20,000 nucleotides of DNA, taken from IMG/VR virus record IMGVR_UViG_3300018065_000015, positions 57,677 through 77,676 of that record; one strand, 5' to 3'. This DNA comes from an uncultured virus (IMG/VR IMGVR_UViG_3300018065_000015). Its lineage: Duplodnaviria > Heunggongvirae > Uroviricota > Caudoviricetes. Each line of letters starts with the position of its first letter. The stretch's first letter is position 1. Under the pieces are notes generated by a model. That model saw only the letters and a list, made by a program, of their open reading frames with translations. It ran no database searches and was not told the DNA's origin. The position numbers were made by a program, and so were the translations under genes. Positions 15,851 through 20,000 of this stretch are shown in pieces.

Positions 15851-16710
15851 AAACGCCCATAACACCGCAGTTTACGGTGTGCGTTTTACTCTACGGGAAC
15901 TATCCGGAGTTGCTCAATAGGTGTCTCGACTCGTTGAGCAACCCGGAGTGGTACCCGTGGTTTAATCTCCGTATCGGCTGGCAGGGCCTTGGCGCGCAGT
16001 CGGAGACGGACTTACTGAGCCACGTCGCTAAATGGCAGACGGCTAAGCTGCGTGGCACGTGCCGCGATCCGTTGGAGATGTGTCTGAAAGGGCATTCCCC
16101 CTTCTTCAAGTATCCGACGATGCGCCGGATGTTCTACGAGATGCCGATCAAGACGCCCTACATCATGTGGTTCGATGACGACTCGTTCATCAACACCTGT
16201 GCCAACGGTTTCTTCCGGGGCATTCAGGACTTCATGGAGTATGGTGCGCGTAAGCGAAAGCCCGACGGCACGCTTACGCCGGCAGACACTGCCGACATGA
16301 TCGGCGCCAAGTACGTGATGGCCCTGCGGGGCAATCAACGACAGTACATCGAAGACCAACCGTGGTACGCGGGCAAACCAATAGCCCGGCGCCCCGGGTT
16401 CATTACCGGTGGCTGGTGGACAATCCGTACCCCGATTATCCAACAATGGAACTGGCCGTCAGAGGACTTACAGCACAACGGCGGAGATTTGCTACTCGGG
16501 GAGTTGTGTCATCAGCAGGGATATCGTATAAAGCACTTTACGAAGGGACTGGGCATCAACTGCGATGCAAGCGGCAGATGCTCGACAGCGCCACGGCGCG
16601 GACACTCCCAGGACCCTTGCGGTACCAACTACGTGCGGCCAGCTAATCACCGTTCGCCGAACGACGAGTGGCAGCTCTCACGAAGCCGTTACCGCCGGAG
16701 GCGAGAATGA
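15847..16710 (+). CDS. GT-A fold (family 2-like) glycosyltransferase
   Basis: GTGA overlap. N-terminal FTVCVLLYG..ELLNRCLDSL, DxD motif YIMWFDDDS, FITGGWW, and GGDLLL (ED-like catalytic position). Confidence 0.75.
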   Translation: MKTPITPQFTVCVLLYGNYPELLNRCLDSLSNPEWYPWFNLRIGWQGLGAQSETDLLSHVAKWQTAKLRGTCRDPLEMCLKGHSPFFKYPTMRRMFYEMPIKTPYIMWFDDDSFINTCANGFFRGIQDFMEYGARKRKPDGTLTPADTADMIGAKYVMALRGNQRQYIEDQPWYAGKPIARRPGFITGGWWTIRTPIIQQWNWPSEDLQHNGGDLLLGELCHQQGYRIKHFTKGLGINCDASGRCSTAPRRGHSQDPCGTNYVRPANHRSPNDEWQLSRSRYRRRRE

Positions 16711-17105
16711 GTAGAAAGCATACTGCAGAGATCTTTCCTATCCAGGAATTCCTGGATGCCGGCGTTAAGCCTCAACGGCCACTGCGGCTGCGAGAGGGCG
16801 ACGCCTGGATAGTTCGCAAAGAACCATTAAACCTCGACCAGCCAGGCGCAGAAGATCCGCTGGATTGGGCGATCGTCGAATCGGGACAGCTGGTCAACAT
16901 CCCGCTGATCCCGTACCGCAGTCGCCTCGATCTTATGCACATGTTGCTCGGGGCAATGGATGTGATCCAGAGGTACGTTGAGCGGCAGCCGCATGCTGAG
17001 CGTACCCATATCATCTTAGGTGATCCAATCGAGCGGCTCGACGCCGAAGGCGTGTACCGCTACTGGATCGGTTTTGCAGTGCAGACTCAAGAGGCCCAAG
17101 GCTAA
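16707..17105 (+). CDS. Hypothetical protein (132 aa)
   Basis: RBS GGAGG and ATGA overlap at 16707. Confidence 0.7.
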   Translation: MSRKHTAEIFPIQEFLDAGVKPQRPLRLREGDAWIVRKEPLNLDQPGAEDPLDWAIVESGQLVNIPLIPYRSRLDLMHMLLGAMDVIQRYVERQPHAERTHIILGDPIERLDAEGVYRYWIGFAVQTQEAQG

Positions 17106-17608
17106 TGAGCGAGAACCCAATGGCGCCGCAGCCGCCACAACAATTCATGCAGCTGCCGGCGCAGGTGGAGCAGCCTCCCCAACAGGAGGCGCCCCAGCCG
17201 CAAACCCCCGCTGAGCCGCCACAGCAGCGACAGCGGAGCTTGCAAGAGTATGCGTCTGGATACGCACAGCTCGCACGCGAGCTGACGCGTCAGAACGATG
17301 CGTACGGACACTTTCGGAACGTGGTGACCAGGATCGACGAGCTGATCAAGAACCCAGGGCAAGCGCCCAACGGGTTACCGTTCGTCACGTTTACGTTTCC
17401 CGTAACGGACGGCACGGTGCCGGGCGAGCTCAAGCTCGATCTCAACACCATGCCGACTTCCGTACTTGCGGCCATCAGGCCACTCTTCGACCAACTGCAG
17501 CAAACCTGCGGCGCTGACTTCATCGCTGCCATGAAAGGTTTCTACCAGCTGGATGCGGAGACACGGCCCGTTGTGGAAGCAATGGAGGCAGCGACCAGTG
17601 GCGGATGA
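17105..17608 (+). CDS. Hypothetical protein with P/Q-rich N-terminus (167 aa)
   Basis: TAATG stop/start coupling and typical codon usage. Confidence 0.75.
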   Translation: MSENPMAPQPPQQFMQLPAQVEQPPQQEAPQPQTPAEPPQQRQRSLQEYASGYAQLARELTRQNDAYGHFRNVVTRIDELIKNPGQAPNGLPFVTFTFPVTDGTVPGELKLDLNTMPTSVLAAIRPLFDQLQQTCGADFIAAMKGFYQLDAETRPVVEAMEAATSGG

Positions 17609-18149
17609 TGGCGACATCAACGCCTCCGAATTGATTGATCCAATGTACCGGCTACCATTCGACGGTTATCGCATGCACGTCGAATGGGCACCGGCCGGTG
17701 CGCGCCTGGGGACGAACTTCGCCCATGTCAGGCGGCTGGATCGTGGCCAATCAATCGCTGAGTATCCTGCGATGCTCGTGTTTGGAAATACGCCCGAGGA
17801 GCGCACGTCGCTAACACGCGATTCGCTGCTTCTCGCGGCCATGCTGGACTACATCAACTCCGGAGGCGATCCGGAGGTAGTCTGTGAGATTGCGGACCAA
17901 GTCCGACAGCTGGAGCCGGTGAAAACGCCTGGCTTCGAGCTGATCCTTGCCTACGAACAGGTCGATCGAGTCCTCTACTACGAATCCAAAGACGGTAAGT
18001 ACGTGGAGGTCGTGGTTGACCACTGGGCGGACGAAGCGGAGGTATCAGGGCTGCCCGACGTGTCGGATTGTACCGACATGGTTGCACGGCACCCAGAACC
18101 CGTACACTTAGGGGAGGAGGAAGATGACTCAGTCGACCCGCACCTCTGA
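17598..18149 (+). CDS. Hypothetical acidic protein (183 aa)
   Basis: RBS GGAGG at 17584-17588 then GTG 17598, overlapping the upstream gene end. Confidence 0.7.
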   Translation: MADDGDINASELIDPMYRLPFDGYRMHVEWAPAGARLGTNFAHVRRLDRGQSIAEYPAMLVFGNTPEERTSLTRDSLLLAAMLDYINSGGDPEVVCEIADQVRQLEPVKTPGFELILAYEQVDRVLYYESKDGKYVEVVVDHWADEAEVSGLPDVSDCTDMVARHPEPVHLGEEEDDSVDPHL

Positions 18150-18957
18150 TGTCAAGATTGCCATTCCGCGGTACAACCTGGGGCGCATCATCCAACTGCG
18201 CGACAAGCTGTGCACGGACTCGATGACCGAGTGGTTTGGTTTTACTGCCATCGGAGAGCACTTCGACCAATTCGTCGACCAACTCACCGAAGCGATACCT
18301 CGAGCCAAACGCCAAGCGGTGTACGACAGCTGTACCTGTCTCGCTGGGGAGTACCTCACCGAGGCAAGGCTGCGTACGCTGTTTTGGCGACTGGCCGGGA
18401 ACACCGACAGCCTGCGGCGCGGTGTTGCTGTGCCCCCGTGGCACGTACAGTCAGAGCGAGAGTGGATGCCGGTGCAGGTCACCGGCTGGGAATTCTCGCA
18501 GAACAAGTGGGGCAAGCCCGGCGGTCTGTTTGCCATGCGCATCCTGGCCGGATCGGCGTGCCCCATGCGAATCATAACCTTCTGGACAAGGGGATTTAGC
18601 AATCTCATTGCAAGAGGTGCGGGATATACTTCTTACCGACATGATTATCCGTTTGGGCATCCCTCCGAGCTTGTTGGTCTCCGACTCTGGGCGCTCATCG
18701 ACCCAGCTTACTGCCAACAGGGACGCCCGGGTTTTCGAGAGGTGTCTTGTACGCAGACTCTACGGAACTGGAATCGGGGGATCATCCGCAAACGATTCCG
18801 ACACGGCTGGGAATGTCCACGAGGCTACGAGAGACACTGTTACAAGTGCCACGTTGGGTACGACCAGTGCCCGGCGGCGACGCACAGAACCACAAAGGAG
18901 TGCGAAGATGCCCCTGAGTCACAAACAAATACAGAAGCTGGAGAAGCGCACACATGA
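18124..18957 (+). CDS. Hypothetical protein with C-terminal Cys/His cluster (277 aa)
   Basis: RBS GGAGGAGG then ATG 18124. Ends ...ECPRGYERHCYKCHVGYDQCPAATH. Confidence 0.75.
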   Translation: MTQSTRTSDVKIAIPRYNLGRIIQLRDKLCTDSMTEWFGFTAIGEHFDQFVDQLTEAIPRAKRQAVYDSCTCLAGEYLTEARLRTLFWRLAGNTDSLRRGVAVPPWHVQSEREWMPVQVTGWEFSQNKWGKPGGLFAMRILAGSACPMRIITFWTRGFSNLIARGAGYTSYRHDYPFGHPSELVGLRLWALIDPAYCQQGRPGFREVSCTQTLRNWNRGIIRKRFRHGWECPRGYERHCYKCHVGYDQCPAATHRTTKECEDAPESQTNTEAGEAHT

Positions 18958-19369
18958 GCTCGGTGAGGAGCTCGGTGATATAGAGCAACGGCGGAAGTCG
19001 CGGCTGAGAATGCACGACTTTATGAACGCAATCAACGAGGACGAGCGTGTTGAGCTCACCTGCACAGAGGGTGACATCTGGCTAAACGTCCGCATCAGCG
19101 AAGGTAATAACCGCTCCGTAGAGAAAGACACCATGTATCAGAGTGATTTCATGGCGCGGTTGCATACTGCCTTTCCTCTCATGCTTAAAGCACTCGTTGC
19201 TGAGTGCTGCAGTGACGCCGACGCCGACTACGAACGTCGGCTTCTTGCGGTTGTCCCGTTAGAAGAAGAACCCGAAGAAGAGGACAGACGGCGTCCACGC
19301 GGATTGCGTCTGCCTGGAGTTACCGATGGAGACGAAAAGACTGAAGCAGTTGGAGAGCAAGCGGAATAA
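18908..19369 (+). CDS. Hypothetical protein (153 aa)
   Basis: RBS AAGGAG at 18895-18900 then ATG 18908 (MPLSHKQIQKLEK...). Confidence 0.7.
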   Translation: MPLSHKQIQKLEKRTHELGEELGDIEQRRKSRLRMHDFMNAINEDERVELTCTEGDIWLNVRISEGNNRSVEKDTMYQSDFMARLHTAFPLMLKALVAECCSDADADYERRLLAVVPLEEEPEEEDRRRPRGLRLPGVTDGDEKTEAVGEQAE

Positions 19370-20000
19370 CGCAGAACGGGTGCTGCAGCTGCTCACAAAC
19401 CGCGAAGACATCAACCGGTTTCTCGATATGATCCTCGGAGCGCTGCGTGACGGGGAACCGCTACACATCCAGCTCGACTCCCGTGACTACTTGGAGCTCG
19501 GGCGCAGCAGCCAAACGGTATACAGTGGCCCGCCCTCGGCGCTTTCTGAGTGGCTGGCAGTGCGGCACGAGCTTCGTGTCGGCATCTTGGACGTGGTACA
19601 GACAACGCTGCAGAAGTGGCGTGATAAGTACCAGCAAGACTACGAGGACTATCTATGCGATCTGGCTAACGAAGACCGTGAGCACAGTGCAGGCATAGGT
19701 GACCGCACGCCCCGTGGTGTGCGTCTACGTAATACCGAGGAAGAAGGCGAGGAGGAGGAAGCAGAGATGGATGCGGCTACGGGTTGGGTGGACGGGCCAG
19801 TGCCTGTAAGCCCATCGCCGTCGGAAACACGCGAAACCTTTGACGACTTCTCCACCGAGGAACTGCGCGACACGCTCAATCGTATCCACGGCAGCGGTAT
19901 GTTAAATACGCTGGATGAGGAGCAGATGCGGGCAGTAGTGGCCGCGCAGGCCGAACTCACTCGCCGCACGCAGGAGGCATCAGATGCCACCAACAGCGAC
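19326..20000 (+). CDS. Hypothetical protein, 3' truncated (>=225 aa; absent from ORF track)
   Basis: GGAG then ATG 19326. I translated the frame as METKRLKQLESKRNNAERVLQLL...DRTPRGVRLRNTEEEGEEEE...EASDATNSD, with no stop before the window end. Confidence 0.75.
   Translation, partial: METKRLKQLESKRNNAERVLQLLTNREDINRFLDMILGALRDGEPLHIQLDSRDYLELGRSSQTVYSGPPSALSEWLAVRHELRVGILDVVQTTLQKWRDKYQQDYEDYLCDLANEDREHSAGIGDRTPRGVRLRNTEEEGEEEEAEMDAATGWVDGPVPVSPSPSETRETFDDFSTEELRDTLNRIHGSGMLNTLDEEQMRAVVAAQAELTRRTQEASDATNSD

Overview
GC-rich (~60%), densely packed, all-plus-strand segment that reads as the DNA replication/recombination module of a large dsDNA phage. Gene order: end of an SbcC/Rad50-like ATPase, SF2 (UvsW-like) helicase, DnaB-like helicase, primase, family A DNA polymerase with an N-terminal uracil-DNA-glycosylase-like domain, probable SSB, RecA/UvsX-like recombinase, DUF932-like protein, YhcG-N/acidic protein, GT-A glycosyltransferase and several unknowns. 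The most unusual part is 208-1972. It holds an apparently catalytically dead IS110/Nop-like (Tas-like) protein, then a stand-alone 150-aa RAMP (Cas7/Csm3-like) gene with its own sigma70 promoter and terminator, then a ~100-nt structured non-coding stretch. No CRISPR array or other cas gene is visible. All family assignments come from motif recognition by eye and need HMM or structure confirmation.
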